Shown piece by piece: positions 29,395 through 39,871 of a stretch of DNA of 64,000 nt (position 1 is the first letter of the stretch; every line of letters starts with the position of its first letter). The notes beneath the pieces were generated by a model. The model was not told the DNA's origin and did no database searches. It worked only from the letters and a program-made list of their open reading frames with translations. Source of the stretch: an uncultured Candidatus Rokubacteria bacterium (GTDB lineage: Bacteria > Methylomirabilota > Methylomirabilia > Rokubacteriales > CSP1-6); NCBI GenBank assembly GCA_963754315.1, contig CAVWFS010000018.1:650047-714046 (forward strand). The letters are read 5' to 3'. The position numbers were made by a program, and so were the translations under genes.

Positions 29395-31550
29395 CGCGAG
29401 CGCCAAGAGGGCGGGAACGTCGACAGGCTCTGTGGGCGATGGCTGTGGGGTTCACGGCCCTCTCGTTGGTGGCGGTCGTTTGGTTTTCCCTCGATCGCCG
29501 ACCACCTGAATGGGACTACGCGAACCATCTCGAAGAGGCCGTCCGCTGCGCCCATGGATTCGCCCGGGCAGACTGGGATGCTGTTCTCGGTCACTCGGCG
29601 TTCTACCCCCCCCTCGTTCCCTGTGCAGCCGGTCTCGTCTATTTGGCGGTTCCGACCGATGTCGCCGCGGCGGCGGTGGTGCTCGTCACCGCCCTGGGGC
29701 TCGGCATGCTGGGGACCTACCTGCTCGCCCGCCCCGTTGCCGGCGAGACAGGAGGAGCTGTGGCCGCCCTGCTGTACGGTACCGCTCCGTTCGTGGTGTT
29801 CTCGATGCTCCACTTCCAGCTTGATCTGCCCCTCACGGCGATGGTCGCGCTGATGCTCGTCGTGGCGCGACGAGCGGATGGTCTGCGCCAGCCGGGTTGG
29901 GCCCTGCTGGGTGGTGTGACCTTAGGGCTCGGGTTGCTCGTCAAGCCTCCGTTCATGCTGTATGTCATGCCAGCGCTCCTCTGGCTGCTACGGGGAATGC
30001 GAGATGGGCGGGGTGCCTTCAACGGTCTCCTGTTGCTCATCACGGGCGTGGGGATCGCGATTCCTTGGTACGGACCACGACTCTTCGGTCTTCCGACACA
30101 GGTGGCTTGGCGCTCGGTGTCGGCCGGCGAGTCGGTCCATCTCGATCCGCAGACATGGGCGGCGCTCACGCGCTACCTCACGTGGTTCCCGACGCAGTTC
30201 GGCGTGGCGGCGGCCGTCGTCTTCCTGGTGGGGCTGGCCGTGGCCATCGCCCAACGACACTGGTGGCTGCTCATGTCGCTGGGGGCCCCCTTCCTGGTCT
30301 TCGAGTTGCTGCGCAACAAGAACCTGCGCTACACGCTACCGCTCTTGCCTGTGGCCGCCGTGGTGGCGGCCCTCGGGTGGCGCGCACTACCTCGTCGGGG
30401 GCGGATGGCGGTGGCGGCTGTGCTGGCGGTGGTGGCAGTTCTGCAGATCAGCGCCACCGCCTTCGACCTCCCACGGGCGGCGACGGTGCCCGGCCTGGCT
30501 CTCCCCCTCGGTGTCGGCTCTCCGCCAGTGAGGGATGATTGGCCCTTGCGTCGGATCTTGGCCCTCATCGCACACGACAGCGGAGGGCGCTCGGCGACGG
30601 TGAGCATCGTGGCCAACCACCCGTTCTTCTCGAAGTCGAATTTCAGCTACTACGCCGTCCGGGAGGGGTTGCCGTTCGAGTTTGTCCGCGCCTGGGATGA
30701 CACGCCGCTCGGCATCGACTACATGGTCCTCAAGACGGGCGACGTAGGACCGGCGTGGACGGAGAAGAAGATTCGCCACGTCATGACACGGATGGAAACC
30801 GAGGCCGATCTCGCCCAGGTCTTCCCCGTGATTGGGCGCTTCACCCTGCCGGACGGTTCCCAGGCGATCGTTCGGGCTCGGCGACTGACACCGGTCCTGG
30901 ACGTCACTCCGGCGATGGTGGCGGAGGCGGCCGAGCGAGCGTTCTGGAAGTGGGTCGACAACTACGCGCGGGACGTGGTGGGAGGGCGAGTGAGTCTCTC
31001 GTACGGCGCCGATGTGCGCGAGGGACGCTTCAGGCGTGTCGAGCTGGCCGCGGCAGGCGCGACGTTCGCCGAATTTCAGCGGCGACGCGCCGCACGCCTC
31101 CGGGTCGAGGATGTGAGGATGGTCTTCGACGACGTGGTCATCAATCCGTTCAGCGCGGTCCGCGCGGCGCACCTGGATCTGCTCGCGGTCGGGGGCCTGC
31201 GGCTCGAGCGGGCGATGATCAGAGCAGACGATCTGGCTCGCTTCCTCGGCGAACTGCCCAAGATGCACACCCAAGTGAGACTTGACCACGGAGCCCTGGA
31301 GGTCGTGGTGAGCCAGTTCGGACCAGACTTCACGGGGAGGGTCCGCGTGCTGCCGGCGGCCGGCGTTCGGCCGTTTACGCTCATCGCCGAGGACGTCCGG
31401 GTGGGACCTCTTCCGTTACCAACCGCGCTCGTGCGTTGGGTGACGCGGCAGTTCGATCCCACGGGACGCATCGCTCGGCGCCTGGTCATGCCCGTAACCG
31501 TCGGGCGGATCACCATCGAGCCTGCCGCCGTCACCATCTCGTCTGACTAG
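29391..31550 (+). CDS. GT-C fold membrane glycosyltransferase (ArnT/PMT-like, family 39/83-like), about 12 TM helices, plus a ~330-aa C-terminal extracytoplasmic domain of unknown function.
   Basis: Polytopic hydrophobic N-terminal 380 aa with a DxD-like loop. Overlaps the aminotransferase stop. The C-terminal domain has no recognisable motif. Confidence 0.65.
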   Translation: MTRAPRGRERRQALWAMAVGFTALSLVAVVWFSLDRRPPEWDYANHLEEAVRCAHGFARADWDAVLGHSAFYPPLVPCAAGLVYLAVPTDVAAAAVVLVTALGLGMLGTYLLARPVAGETGGAVAALLYGTAPFVVFSMLHFQLDLPLTAMVALMLVVARRADGLRQPGWALLGGVTLGLGLLVKPPFMLYVMPALLWLLRGMRDGRGAFNGLLLLITGVGIAIPWYGPRLFGLPTQVAWRSVSAGESVHLDPQTWAALTRYLTWFPTQFGVAAAVVFLVGLAVAIAQRHWWLLMSLGAPFLVFELLRNKNLRYTLPLLPVAAVVAALGWRALPRRGRMAVAAVLAVVAVLQISATAFDLPRAATVPGLALPLGVGSPPVRDDWPLRRILALIAHDSGGRSATVSIVANHPFFSKSNFSYYAVREGLPFEFVRAWDDTPLGIDYMVLKTGDVGPAWTEKKIRHVMTRMETEADLAQVFPVIGRFTLPDGSQAIVRARRLTPVLDVTPAMVAEAAERAFWKWVDNYARDVVGGRVSLSYGADVREGRFRRVELAAAGATFAEFQRRRAARLRVEDVRMVFDDVVINPFSAVRAAHLDLLAVGGLRLERAMIRADDLARFLGELPKMHTQVRLDHGALEVVVSQFGPDFTGRVRVLPAAGVRPFTLIAEDVRVGPLPLPTALVRWVTRQFDPTGRIARRLVMPVTVGRITIEPAAVTISSD

Positions 31551-31581
31551 TGGATCTCCTTCGCGCGGGAGGTGTCGCGGT

Positions 31582-32262
31582 ATGAGGGAAACGAAGCAGG
31601 CCAAGCGGGCCCGGGTGCGCACGATTTTCCGCCTTCTCGAGCGCGCGTATCCCGATGCGAAGATCGCGCTCGACTTCACCACCCCGCTCGAGCTGCTGGT
31701 GGCCACCATCCTCGCCGCGCAATGCACGGACGCCCGCGTCAACCTCGTGACCCCTTCCTTGTTCCGCGCCCACCGTTCGGCCCGCGACTACGCCTCCGCC
31801 GATCCGGGCGTTCTCGAGGAGGAGGTCCGCTCGACGGGCTTCTTTCGGGCCAAGACCCGCGCCATTATCGGGATGGCGCGCGCGCTGCTCGAGCGCCACG
31901 GCGGCGAGGTGCCGCGCAGCCGGCAGGCCCTGACGGCCTTGCCGGGGGTGGGACTCAAGACTGCGAACGTGGTGCTTGGCAATGCGTTCGGCGAACCCGC
32001 CATCGCCGTCGATACTCACGTGCTGCGCATCGCGCAGCGTCTTGGCCTGGCGCGGGGGGGCGATGCGGATCGCGTCCACGACCAACTCGTCGAGGTGCTT
32101 CCGCGTGCGACCTGGACGCGGTTCTGCCATCTGATCCAGGCGCACGGCCGTCGCACGTGCACGGCGTTGAAGCCAGCCTGTCCGGTGTGTCCCGTTCGGG
32201 CGCAGTGCCCCTGGCCAGGCAAAACGTCCTCGCCCAGGACGAGCAAGAGGCGCGCTCCTTGA
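31582..32262 (+). CDS. nth: endonuclease III (DNA glycosylase/AP lyase).
   Basis: HhH-GPD motif (LPGVGLKTANVVL) and C-terminal 4Fe-4S ligands CTALKPACPVCPVRAQC. Confidence 0.9.
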   Translation: MRETKQAKRARVRTIFRLLERAYPDAKIALDFTTPLELLVATILAAQCTDARVNLVTPSLFRAHRSARDYASADPGVLEEEVRSTGFFRAKTRAIIGMARALLERHGGEVPRSRQALTALPGVGLKTANVVLGNAFGEPAIAVDTHVLRIAQRLGLARGGDADRVHDQLVEVLPRATWTRFCHLIQAHGRRTCTALKPACPVCPVRAQCPWPGKTSSPRTSKRRAP

Positions 32263-32332
32263 CACGGGGTAGGGGTTGGTCTAACGTACGTTTTTGCGTG
32301 TTTTTGGGCGGCAGCACGCCGAGGACGGTTCG

Positions 32333-32755
32333 ATGACGTCGAAAGAGTGTGAAGCTCAGCGGAATTGGTTCGTGATCAACGCCGAGGGTAAGGTCCTCGG
32401 GCGGTTGGCCTCCCGCGTAGCGACCCTGCTGCGGGGCAAACACAAAGTCACCTTTGTCCCGCATCTCGATGTCGGTGACCACGTCGTGGTCGTGAATGCC
32501 GAGAAAGTGCACCTCACGGGGCGCAAGAGTCGGCTGAAGCTCTATCGCACGCATTCGGGATACATCGGAAGCCTCCGTGAGGTCACGGCCGAGCAGATGC
32601 TGATCCGTCACCCCGAGCGCGTGATCGAGTGGGCGGTGCAAGGTATGCTCCCCAAGAACCGCTTGGGGCGGGCCATGGCCCGAAAGCTCAAGGTGTACCG
32701 CGGGGCCGACCACCCGCACCAGGCCCAACAGCCCCAGACCCTGGAGATCCGCTGA
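32333..32755 (+). CDS. rplM: 50S ribosomal protein L13.
   Basis: [28 protein letters not shown]... Start chosen at the internal MTSKE. Confidence 0.9.
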   Translation: MTSKECEAQRNWFVINAEGKVLGRLASRVATLLRGKHKVTFVPHLDVGDHVVVVNAEKVHLTGRKSRLKLYRTHSGYIGSLREVTAEQMLIRHPERVIEWAVQGMLPKNRLGRAMARKLKVYRGADHPHQAQQPQTLEIR

Positions 32756-33150
32756 TGGCGGTGCTGGAGCGTTCGTACGGAACGGGTCGTCGAAAGACCT
32801 CCGTGGCGCGTGTGTGGATCAAGCCCGGATCCGGCCGCATCGTGGTGAATCGTCGGTCGTTCGAGAACTACTTCCCGCGCGAGACCCTGCGCATGATCAT
32901 CGCCCAGCCGTTTCAGGTGACTGGTACCGATGGTCAGTTCGACGTCGCTGTGAACGTGGGCGGTGGCGGGCCAACCGGCCAAGCGGGAGCCGTACGTCAC
33001 GGCATCGCGCGCGCTCTGGTGCGCCACGACGACAAGCTCCGCCTACCCCTGAAGAAGGCCGGACTCCTCACGCGTGATCCGCGGATGCGCGAACGCAAGA
33101 AGTACGGGCAGCCGGGCGCCCGCCAGAAATTCCAGTATTCGAAGCGGTAG
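32755..33150 (+). CDS. rpsI: 30S ribosomal protein S9.
   Basis: [14 protein letters not shown]...[19 protein letters not shown]...[22 protein letters not shown] overlap with rplM. Confidence 0.9.
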   Translation: MAVLERSYGTGRRKTSVARVWIKPGSGRIVVNRRSFENYFPRETLRMIIAQPFQVTGTDGQFDVAVNVGGGGPTGQAGAVRHGIARALVRHDDKLRLPLKKAGLLTRDPRMRERKKYGQPGARQKFQYSKR

Positions 33151-33162
33151 GGCGGGGCCGGG

Positions 33163-34218
33163 GTGATGTCGATTCGCGTGGCCGTCGCCGGGGCGAGCGG
33201 ATACATCGGTGCCGAGCTCATCCGGCTCCTGCTCCGTCATCCACGGGTTGAATTGACGGCGGTGACGTCGGAGCGGCTGGCCGGGGAGCGGCTCGATCGA
33301 GCGTATGCCCACCTACGAGGTCTCACCGACCTCGTGTTCCACGACCTCGATGCCGACTGGCTAGCGGGGGCGGCCGACGTGACCATGCTCGCCCTGCCGC
33401 ACTTGGAGTCGCAACGCGTGGTTCCCGTTTTGCGCCGGCACGGCCGTCGGGCGATCGACCTCTCAGCGGACTACCGCCTGCGCGATGCGAACGACTACGT
33501 CACCTGGTACAAGGCGGCCCATGTGGATCCATCGGGGCTAGCCGAGGCGGTCTACGGGATGCCGGAGTTGCATCGCAAGGCCATTGTCGGCGCTTCCCTG
33601 GTCGCCGTGCCGGGGTGCTATCCGGCGGGCGCCATTCTGGCCACGGCGCCGCTATTCAGAGCGGGCATGGCGCGAGCAGACGGTATCGTCGTGGACGGTA
33701 AGTCGGGGGTGACGGGGGCGGGGGCCCAGGGTCGAAAGATCGACCCCATGTATCTCTATACCGAGGCCAACGAGAATGTGCAGGCCTATGGGCTCGGTTT
33801 CCATCGACACACTGCGGAGATGGAGCAGGAGATGAGCGCTCTGCTGGGGGAGACGATCCGGGTGTCCTTCACCCCGCATCTTCTGCCTCTCAACCGAGGG
33901 CTGTTCACGACCGTCTCGGTTCCACTGGCCCGCTCGATCTCGACTGCCGAGCTCGTCCGCTGCTACCGCGAGTTCTATGCCGGGGAGCCGTTCGTGCGCG
34001 TCGCGGACGAGGGGGGCTACCCCACCACGCGGCACGTAGTCGGCTCCAACTTCTGCGACGTCACGGTGATCGCCGACCCCCGTACACAGCGCGCCACGTG
34101 TGTCTCCGCCCTCGACAACCTCGGTAAGGGCGGATCGGCGAACGGTATTCACAATCTCAACGTGATGATGGGATGGGACGAGCGTACCGGCCTCGACGCT
34201 CCGCCCACGTATCCCTAG
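33163..34218 (+). CDS. argC: N-acetyl-gamma-glutamyl-phosphate reductase.
   Basis: GASGYIGAELIRLL and active-site GCYPAG region. Confidence 0.9.
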   Translation: MMSIRVAVAGASGYIGAELIRLLLRHPRVELTAVTSERLAGERLDRAYAHLRGLTDLVFHDLDADWLAGAADVTMLALPHLESQRVVPVLRRHGRRAIDLSADYRLRDANDYVTWYKAAHVDPSGLAEAVYGMPELHRKAIVGASLVAVPGCYPAGAILATAPLFRAGMARADGIVVDGKSGVTGAGAQGRKIDPMYLYTEANENVQAYGLGFHRHTAEMEQEMSALLGETIRVSFTPHLLPLNRGLFTTVSVPLARSISTAELVRCYREFYAGEPFVRVADEGGYPTTRHVVGSNFCDVTVIADPRTQRATCVSALDNLGKGGSANGIHNLNVMMGWDERTGLDAPPTYP

Positions 34219-34256
34219 CCGCCACCATGCTGAGTCCAGGACCGGGCGCTCGGTAG

Positions 34257-35471
34257 ATGCCCGAATTGGAGTGGCTAGACGGCGGAGTGACGGCCGTCCC
34301 CGGGATTCTGGCGGGGGCGGTGGCGGGGGGTATCAAGCCGAGCGGCAAGAAAGATTTGGCCTTGGTGCACTCCCCAACGCCAGCGCGGGTCGCCGCGGTC
34401 TTCACCTCGAACCAGGTCAAGGGGGCGCCCGTCCTCGTGTCGATGGAGCACGCCCGCGGTGGCGTGGCCCAAGCCATCATTGCCTCCAGCGGGTGTGCCA
34501 ACGTCTGCACGGGCGAGCAAGGGATCCGCGACGCGCGCGAGATGACCAAATCGGTGGCTGACCTCTTGCGGATCTCGCCCCAGCACGTCTTGATCGCGTC
34601 CACCGGGGTCATCGGCGTTCCGCTTCCGATGGATCGAATCCGTGGAGCGCTGCCGAAGCTGGTCAAAGCCCTCTCCCCCCAGGGGGGTCGTGCGGCCGCC
34701 GAGGCCATCATGACCACTGACACGCGGCCCAAGGAGGCGGCGCTCCGGGTGGAGGTAAGCGGGCGCCCCATCACGCTCGGTGGCATGGCCAAGGGGGTGG
34801 GGATGATCGAGCCACACCTGGCCACCATGTTCTGTTTCGTCACCACCGATGCCGTGATTGCGCGCGACGCCCTGGCCGGTATCACGCGGCGGGCGGTTGA
34901 CCGATCGTTCAACCGCATCAGCGTGGATAGTGATCAGTCGACGAGTGACACCGTCGCCGTACTGGCCAACGGACTGGCCGAGAACGCCGCCCTCGAGCGA
35001 GGCAGCCGAGGGCTCCGCCAGTTCGCGCGGGGGCTGGAAGCCCTGATGGACCGGCTGGCGCGTATGCTCATCGTCGACGGGGAAGGGGCTACCAAGCTGG
35101 TCACGATCAGCGTGCGGGGGGCGGCCTCTCGCCGCGATGCCACCGTCGCTGCCCGCAGCGTGGCGAACTCCCCGCTGGTGAAGACGGCCATCAACGGGCA
35201 GGACCCCAACTGGGGGCGCATCATGATGGCGCTCGGAAAGGCGCCCGCGCGGGTGGAACAGGCGCGGGTGAGCATCGCCTTCGGCGAGGAGACCATCGTC
35301 GAGCGCGGGATGCTGCGCGAGGGCGTACGGCTCGAGAAGATCCACGAGGTGATGACCCAGGCCGAGTACGCCATTACCATCGATCTGGGCCTGGGCTCGG
35401 GTGAGGACAGGGTGGTGACGTGCGACCTCTCCGAGGAATACGTCCGCATCAACGCCAAGTACACGACATGA
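34257..35471 (+). CDS. argJ: bifunctional glutamate N-acetyltransferase/amino-acid acetyltransferase.
   Basis: ArgJ family, autoproteolytic ATMF/C site ([13 protein letters not shown]). Confidence 0.9.
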   Translation: MPELEWLDGGVTAVPGILAGAVAGGIKPSGKKDLALVHSPTPARVAAVFTSNQVKGAPVLVSMEHARGGVAQAIIASSGCANVCTGEQGIRDAREMTKSVADLLRISPQHVLIASTGVIGVPLPMDRIRGALPKLVKALSPQGGRAAAEAIMTTDTRPKEAALRVEVSGRPITLGGMAKGVGMIEPHLATMFCFVTTDAVIARDALAGITRRAVDRSFNRISVDSDQSTSDTVAVLANGLAENAALERGSRGLRQFARGLEALMDRLARMLIVDGEGATKLVTISVRGAASRRDATVAARSVANSPLVKTAINGQDPNWGRIMMALGKAPARVEQARVSIAFGEETIVERGMLREGVRLEKIHEVMTQAEYAITIDLGLGSGEDRVVTCDLSEEYVRINAKYTT

Positions 35472-35559
35472 CGCACATGATCACGCACGCCGCGACACCA
35501 TCGGTGCGGAGCCCGGGTGGCTCCGAGCGCGCGGCGGAGGCACAACCGAGGGAGGAATC

Positions 35560-36321
35560 ATGGCCGCATTGACGATGAAGGAATTGTTGGAGGCCGGCGT
35601 GCATTTCGGCCACCAGACCAAGCGTTGGAATCCCAAGATGCAGAAGTACATCTTCGGCGAGCGCAACGGCATTTACATCATTGACTTGCAAAAGACGCTC
35701 AAGAAGTTCCGCGAGGCCTACGCCTTCGTGCGTGACTTGGCGGCGGGGGGCGGGACGGTGCTCTTCGTGGGCACCAAGAAGCAGGCGCAGGAAACGGTGC
35801 TGGAAGAGGCCGCGCGGTGCGGAATGTTCTACGTCAACCAGCGCTGGCTGGGCGGGACGCTCACCAACTTCACCACCATCCGCAAGTCCATCGCCCGCCT
35901 CAAGCGCCTCGAGGAAATGCGGGATACCGGAGAGTACGACCGGCTACCTAAGAAAGAAGCGCTCGAGCTGGAGCGGGAGCGCCAGAAGCTCGAGAAGGCC
36001 CTGGTGGGCATCAAGACGATGGAGCAGCTGCCGGCGGCAGTGTTCATCGTCGATCCGCGCAAGGAAGCCATTGCGGTGGCGGAGGCGCAGCGGCTGGGGA
36101 TCTCCATCGTGGCCATCGTGGACACCAACTGCGACCCCACTGGAATCGACTACCCCATTCCCGGCAACGACGATGCGATCCGGGCCGTGCGGCTGATTGC
36201 TTCCCGCGTGGCTGACGCCATCAACGAGGGTCGGGGCACCTTGGCCAAGGACACTGACGAGATTGAGCCCGGCGATGGCGGGGTGGATCTCGAGATGCCC
36301 GTCGCAGTCGCGGAAGCCTGA
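35560..36321 (+). CDS. rpsB: 30S ribosomal protein S2.
   Basis: [19 protein letters not shown]... RBS GAGGGAGG upstream. Confidence 0.95.
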   Translation: MAALTMKELLEAGVHFGHQTKRWNPKMQKYIFGERNGIYIIDLQKTLKKFREAYAFVRDLAAGGGTVLFVGTKKQAQETVLEEAARCGMFYVNQRWLGGTLTNFTTIRKSIARLKRLEEMRDTGEYDRLPKKEALELERERQKLEKALVGIKTMEQLPAAVFIVDPRKEAIAVAEAQRLGISIVAIVDTNCDPTGIDYPIPGNDDAIRAVRLIASRVADAINEGRGTLAKDTDEIEPGDGGVDLEMPVAVAEA

Positions 36322-36324
36322 GCC

Positions 36325-36930
36325 GTGGCGACGGACGCGCAGACGGTCAGGGAGCTCCGGGACCAAACCGGAGCGGGAGTCATGGACTGCAAGGTCGCCC
36401 TGCAAGCCACGAGCGGCGATCTCCAGGCTGCCCTCGAGTACTTGCGCAAGAAGGGATTGGCCGACGCCGCCAAGCGCGGGCATCGGGAGACACGCGAAGG
36501 ACTGGTAGAGGCGTACATCCATCCGGGTGGGAAGCTCGGCGTGCTGGTCGAGGTCGCTTGTGAGACGGACTTCGTGGCGAAGACCGATGCCTTCCGGGAG
36601 CTGGTGCGCGACCTGGCGATGCAGGTCGCAGCCGCCAATCCTGCCTACGTGTCGCGGGACGAGGTCCCGCCCCACGTACTCGAAAAGGAGCGTGAGATCT
36701 ATCGTGCCCAGATGGCCGACCAGAAGAAGCCGCCGCCCGTGCTCGATAAGATCGTCGAGGGCAAGCTCGAAAAGTTCTTCAGTGAGCAGTGCCTCCTCGA
36801 GCAGGCCTTTGTGAAGGACGCCTCCGGCAAGACCCGGGTCAAGGACGTGGTCGATGGGGTCAACGCCAAGACCCAAGAACGCATCGTCATCAAGCGCTTT
36901 GCCCGCTTCAGGATCGGCGAGGGGGGGTAG
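36325..36930 (+). CDS. tsf: elongation factor Ts (short form).
   Basis: VRELRDQTGAGVMDCKVAL...KKG and LVEVACETDFVAKTDAF motifs. Confidence 0.9.
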   Translation: MATDAQTVRELRDQTGAGVMDCKVALQATSGDLQAALEYLRKKGLADAAKRGHRETREGLVEAYIHPGGKLGVLVEVACETDFVAKTDAFRELVRDLAMQVAAANPAYVSRDEVPPHVLEKEREIYRAQMADQKKPPPVLDKIVEGKLEKFFSEQCLLEQAFVKDASGKTRVKDVVDGVNAKTQERIVIKRFARFRIGEGG

Positions 36931-36933
36931 ACC

Positions 36934-37677
36934 ATGGCGGCGGACGCCGGTTGCTCACGCCCGGCCTACCGCCGAGTAGTCCTGAAGCTCTCGGGAGAGG
37001 CGCTGGCCGGGAACCTCGGCTACGGCATCGACCCTCCCGTACTCTCCCGGATCGGCCAGGAAGTACGCGACGTGGCCGGGCTGGGAGTTCAAGTGGCCAT
37101 CGTCATCGGAGGCGGGAACATCTTCCGTGGCATTGCCGCCAGCGCCGGGGGGATGGAGCGGGCCACCGCAGACTACATGGGTATGCTGGCCACCGTGATC
37201 AACGCGCTCGCGCTCCAGGACGCTCTTGAGAAAGCCGGGCTACAGACCCGAGTTCTCTCGGCCATCGAGATGCGTGCGGTGGCGGAGCCGTACATCCGAC
37301 GGCGCGCGATTCGCCACCTCGAGAAGGGGCGGGTGGTCATCTTCGCGGCGGGTACCGGCAATCCCTTCTTCACCACCGACACGGCGGGCGCGCTGCGTGC
37401 AATCGAGATCGGGGCCGACGTGATCATGAAGGCCACCAAGGTCGACGGCATCTACACCGCCGATCCCAAACGCGACGCCGGCGCCGAGCGCCTGGAGCGG
37501 GTGACGTACATCGACGTCCTCAGCCGACGGCTCGAGGTGATGGACACCACCGCTATTTCGCTGTGTATGGAAAACTCACTGCCCATCGTCGTGTTCGACC
37601 TCACCAGCACGGGGAACATCAGGCGAATCGTGCTCGGCGAGCCGGTCGGTTCCATCGTGTCGTCCACGGGAGGGTGA
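36934..37677 (+). CDS. pyrH: uridylate kinase.
   Basis: [37 protein letters not shown]-like motifs. Confidence 0.9.
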   Translation: MAADAGCSRPAYRRVVLKLSGEALAGNLGYGIDPPVLSRIGQEVRDVAGLGVQVAIVIGGGNIFRGIAASAGGMERATADYMGMLATVINALALQDALEKAGLQTRVLSAIEMRAVAEPYIRRRAIRHLEKGRVVIFAAGTGNPFFTTDTAGALRAIEIGADVIMKATKVDGIYTADPKRDAGAERLERVTYIDVLSRRLEVMDTTAISLCMENSLPIVVFDLTSTGNIRRIVLGEPVGSIVSSTGG

Positions 37678-37678
37678 C

Positions 37679-38233
37679 ATGCAGGCACTCATGAAGGAAA
37701 CAGAGGCCCGTATGGTGGCCGCCGTCGATGCCCTGTCCCGCGAGCTGGCTTCCATTCGCACAGGACGGGCCTCGGCCAGCTTGCTCGATACGATCCGGGT
37801 CGACTACTACGGGACGATTACCGCGCTCAACCAGATGGCGTCGATCACCGTCCCCGATGCACGCACCATTACCATTCAGCCCTGGGAGATTGGGCAGCTC
37901 AAGGCGATCGAGAAGGCCATCGTGGCGTCCGATCTCGGCCTCACCCCGATGAACGACGGCAAGATCATCCGCCTCACCCTGCCCACCCTGACCGAAGAAC
38001 GCCGCAAGCAGTTGGCCAAGACGGTGGGCAAAGTGGCCGAGGAAGGACGCGTGGCCATCCGCAATCTCCGGCGCGAAACGAACGACAAGCTCAAGGCCAT
38101 GGCCAAGGACAAGAAGGTCTCGGAGGACGAAGAGCGTCGCGGCCATGAACAGATCCAGAAGACGACCGATCGCTTCATCGCCAAGGTGGACGAGCTGCTG
38201 AAGAAAAAGGAAGGGGAGATCCTCACCATCTAG
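37679..38233 (+). CDS. frr: ribosome recycling factor.
   Basis: RRF family (SIRTGRASASLLD...LTEERRKQL). Confidence 0.9.
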   Translation: MQALMKETEARMVAAVDALSRELASIRTGRASASLLDTIRVDYYGTITALNQMASITVPDARTITIQPWEIGQLKAIEKAIVASDLGLTPMNDGKIIRLTLPTLTEERRKQLAKTVGKVAEEGRVAIRNLRRETNDKLKAMAKDKKVSEDEERRGHEQIQKTTDRFIAKVDELLKKKEGEILTI

Positions 38234-38237
38234 TCTA

Positions 38238-39029
38238 ATGGGGCCATCGATGGCGGCTCTACGATCTCGGGGCTCGTTGCCGGTGAGACCGGTCGGCGAA
38301 GAGGCAAGGCTTCTCGACGCTTTGCGCTCGCACCCTGTACCCGAGCACGTGGCCATCATCATGGACGGCAATGGCCGGTGGGCCACTCGGCGCGGGCGGC
38401 CGCGGATGGTTGGCCATCGAGAAGGCGTGAAGACCGCCCGGCGCATCGTGGCGGCGGCGGGGACGGCCGGCCTCCGCTACTTGACGCTCTTCGCCTTCTC
38501 CACCGAGAACTGGAGCCGCCCGCAGGCGGAAGTCCTGACTCTCATGAGCTTGCTCGAGAAGTCCGTCGCGGCTGAGCTACCCGACCTCATGCGACAGAAC
38601 GTCCGCCTGCGCGTGCTCGGCCGACCCCACCGGGTCCCCGAGGCCGTCCAACGCGGTATCGACCGCGTAGTCCGCGAGACGGCTGACAACACAGGCCTCA
38701 CCCTGCTCATGGCCTTCAATTACGGGGGGCGTGACGAACTGCTCGACGCCGTGCGGGCGATAGCCCGCCAGGTGAAGACAGGCGAGCTTGACCCTGACGA
38801 CATCGGCGAGAAGCACGTGGCGCGCGCCCTGTACACGGCAGACGTGCCGGACCCCGATCTGCTCATCAGGACCAGCGGGGAGATGCGGATCTCGAACTTC
38901 CTGCTGTGGCAGATCGCGTACACCGAGCTGTGGATCACGCCGATCCTGTGGCCCGATTTCGGAGCGGTCGATCTGTATCGGGCTATCGTGGAGTTTCAGG
39001 GACGAACGCGCCGTTTCGGCGGGGTGTGA
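38238..39029 (+). CDS. uppS: undecaprenyl diphosphate synthase (cis-isoprenyl transferase).
   Basis: HVAIIMDGNGRWA and FSTENWSRP motifs. Confidence 0.9.
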   Translation: MGPSMAALRSRGSLPVRPVGEEARLLDALRSHPVPEHVAIIMDGNGRWATRRGRPRMVGHREGVKTARRIVAAAGTAGLRYLTLFAFSTENWSRPQAEVLTLMSLLEKSVAAELPDLMRQNVRLRVLGRPHRVPEAVQRGIDRVVRETADNTGLTLLMAFNYGGRDELLDAVRAIARQVKTGELDPDDIGEKHVARALYTADVPDPDLLIRTSGEMRISNFLLWQIAYTELWITPILWPDFGAVDLYRAIVEFQGRTRRFGGV

Positions 39030-39871
39030 TGGAGACCGCGGAGGTTGCTTCCGTACAAGGTGCCGGCGTGTCCAGCGGGCTGAGGAAGCGCGTGGTGAGC
39101 GCCGTGGTTCTGGTCCCCATCATGGTGTGGATCGTGGCGGGGGCTCCCGCCTGGCTGTTCACCACCGTCGTGGTCGTGGTGAGCGGCGCGGTCGCGTGGG
39201 AGTTTGGCAGGCTCTTCGAGCGGGCCGGCCACGCCATCCAGCCGGTGCTCATCGTGCTCTGCACGGCGGCGGTGACGGCAAGCTTTCTGGTGCCTGGTGC
39301 TCCCATTGCGGTGCTGGTGGGCGTCACCGTCCTCCTCCTTGCGTCGCCTCTGGTGGCCGCAGGTCCCGTGTCGAGTGAGGGAACGACGGTCGGGCTCACC
39401 TGCCTGTGCTACGCGGGTGTTCTTCTGGGACATGCGCTTCTCCTACATCAACTGCCCGATGGCCGGGCGCTGATCCTATTTTTGCTCGCGGTGACCTGGG
39501 CCGGCGAGAGCGCCGCCTATGTGGTGGGTTCGACCGTTGGGCGACATCAGCTGGCGCGGACCATCAGCCCTGGTAAGACCGTTGAGGGCGCGGTCGGTCA
39601 ACTGCTCGCCTCCCTGGGGGTCGCCCTTGGGCTCGGGTGGTTGGTGCCGGGCTGGTCGCCAATCGAGTCGGCGGGGGCCGGCCTCCTGTTAGGGGTCGTC
39701 GGACAAATCGGGGATTTGGCAGAGTCTCAGATCAAGCGAAGCGTCGGAGCGAAGGACGCGGGGGCCCTCATCCCAGGCCACGGTGGCCTGCTGGACCGAA
39801 TCGACGGTCTTCTGTTCAACGCGCCTGCGCTCTTCTACTACTGGGTGGGCGTCTTGGGAGGGCGCGCATGA
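39029..39871 (+). CDS. cdsA: phosphatidate cytidylyltransferase.
   Basis: Polytopic membrane protein with C-terminal CTP-transferase signature (SQIKRSVGAKDAGALIPGHGGLLDRIDGLLFNAP). Start METAEV overlaps the uppS stop. Confidence 0.85.
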   Translation: METAEVASVQGAGVSSGLRKRVVSAVVLVPIMVWIVAGAPAWLFTTVVVVVSGAVAWEFGRLFERAGHAIQPVLIVLCTAAVTASFLVPGAPIAVLVGVTVLLLASPLVAAGPVSSEGTTVGLTCLCYAGVLLGHALLLHQLPDGRALILFLLAVTWAGESAAYVVGSTVGRHQLARTISPGKTVEGAVGQLLASLGVALGLGWLVPGWSPIESAGAGLLLGVVGQIGDLAESQIKRSVGAKDAGALIPGHGGLLDRIDGLLFNAPALFYYWVGVLGGRA

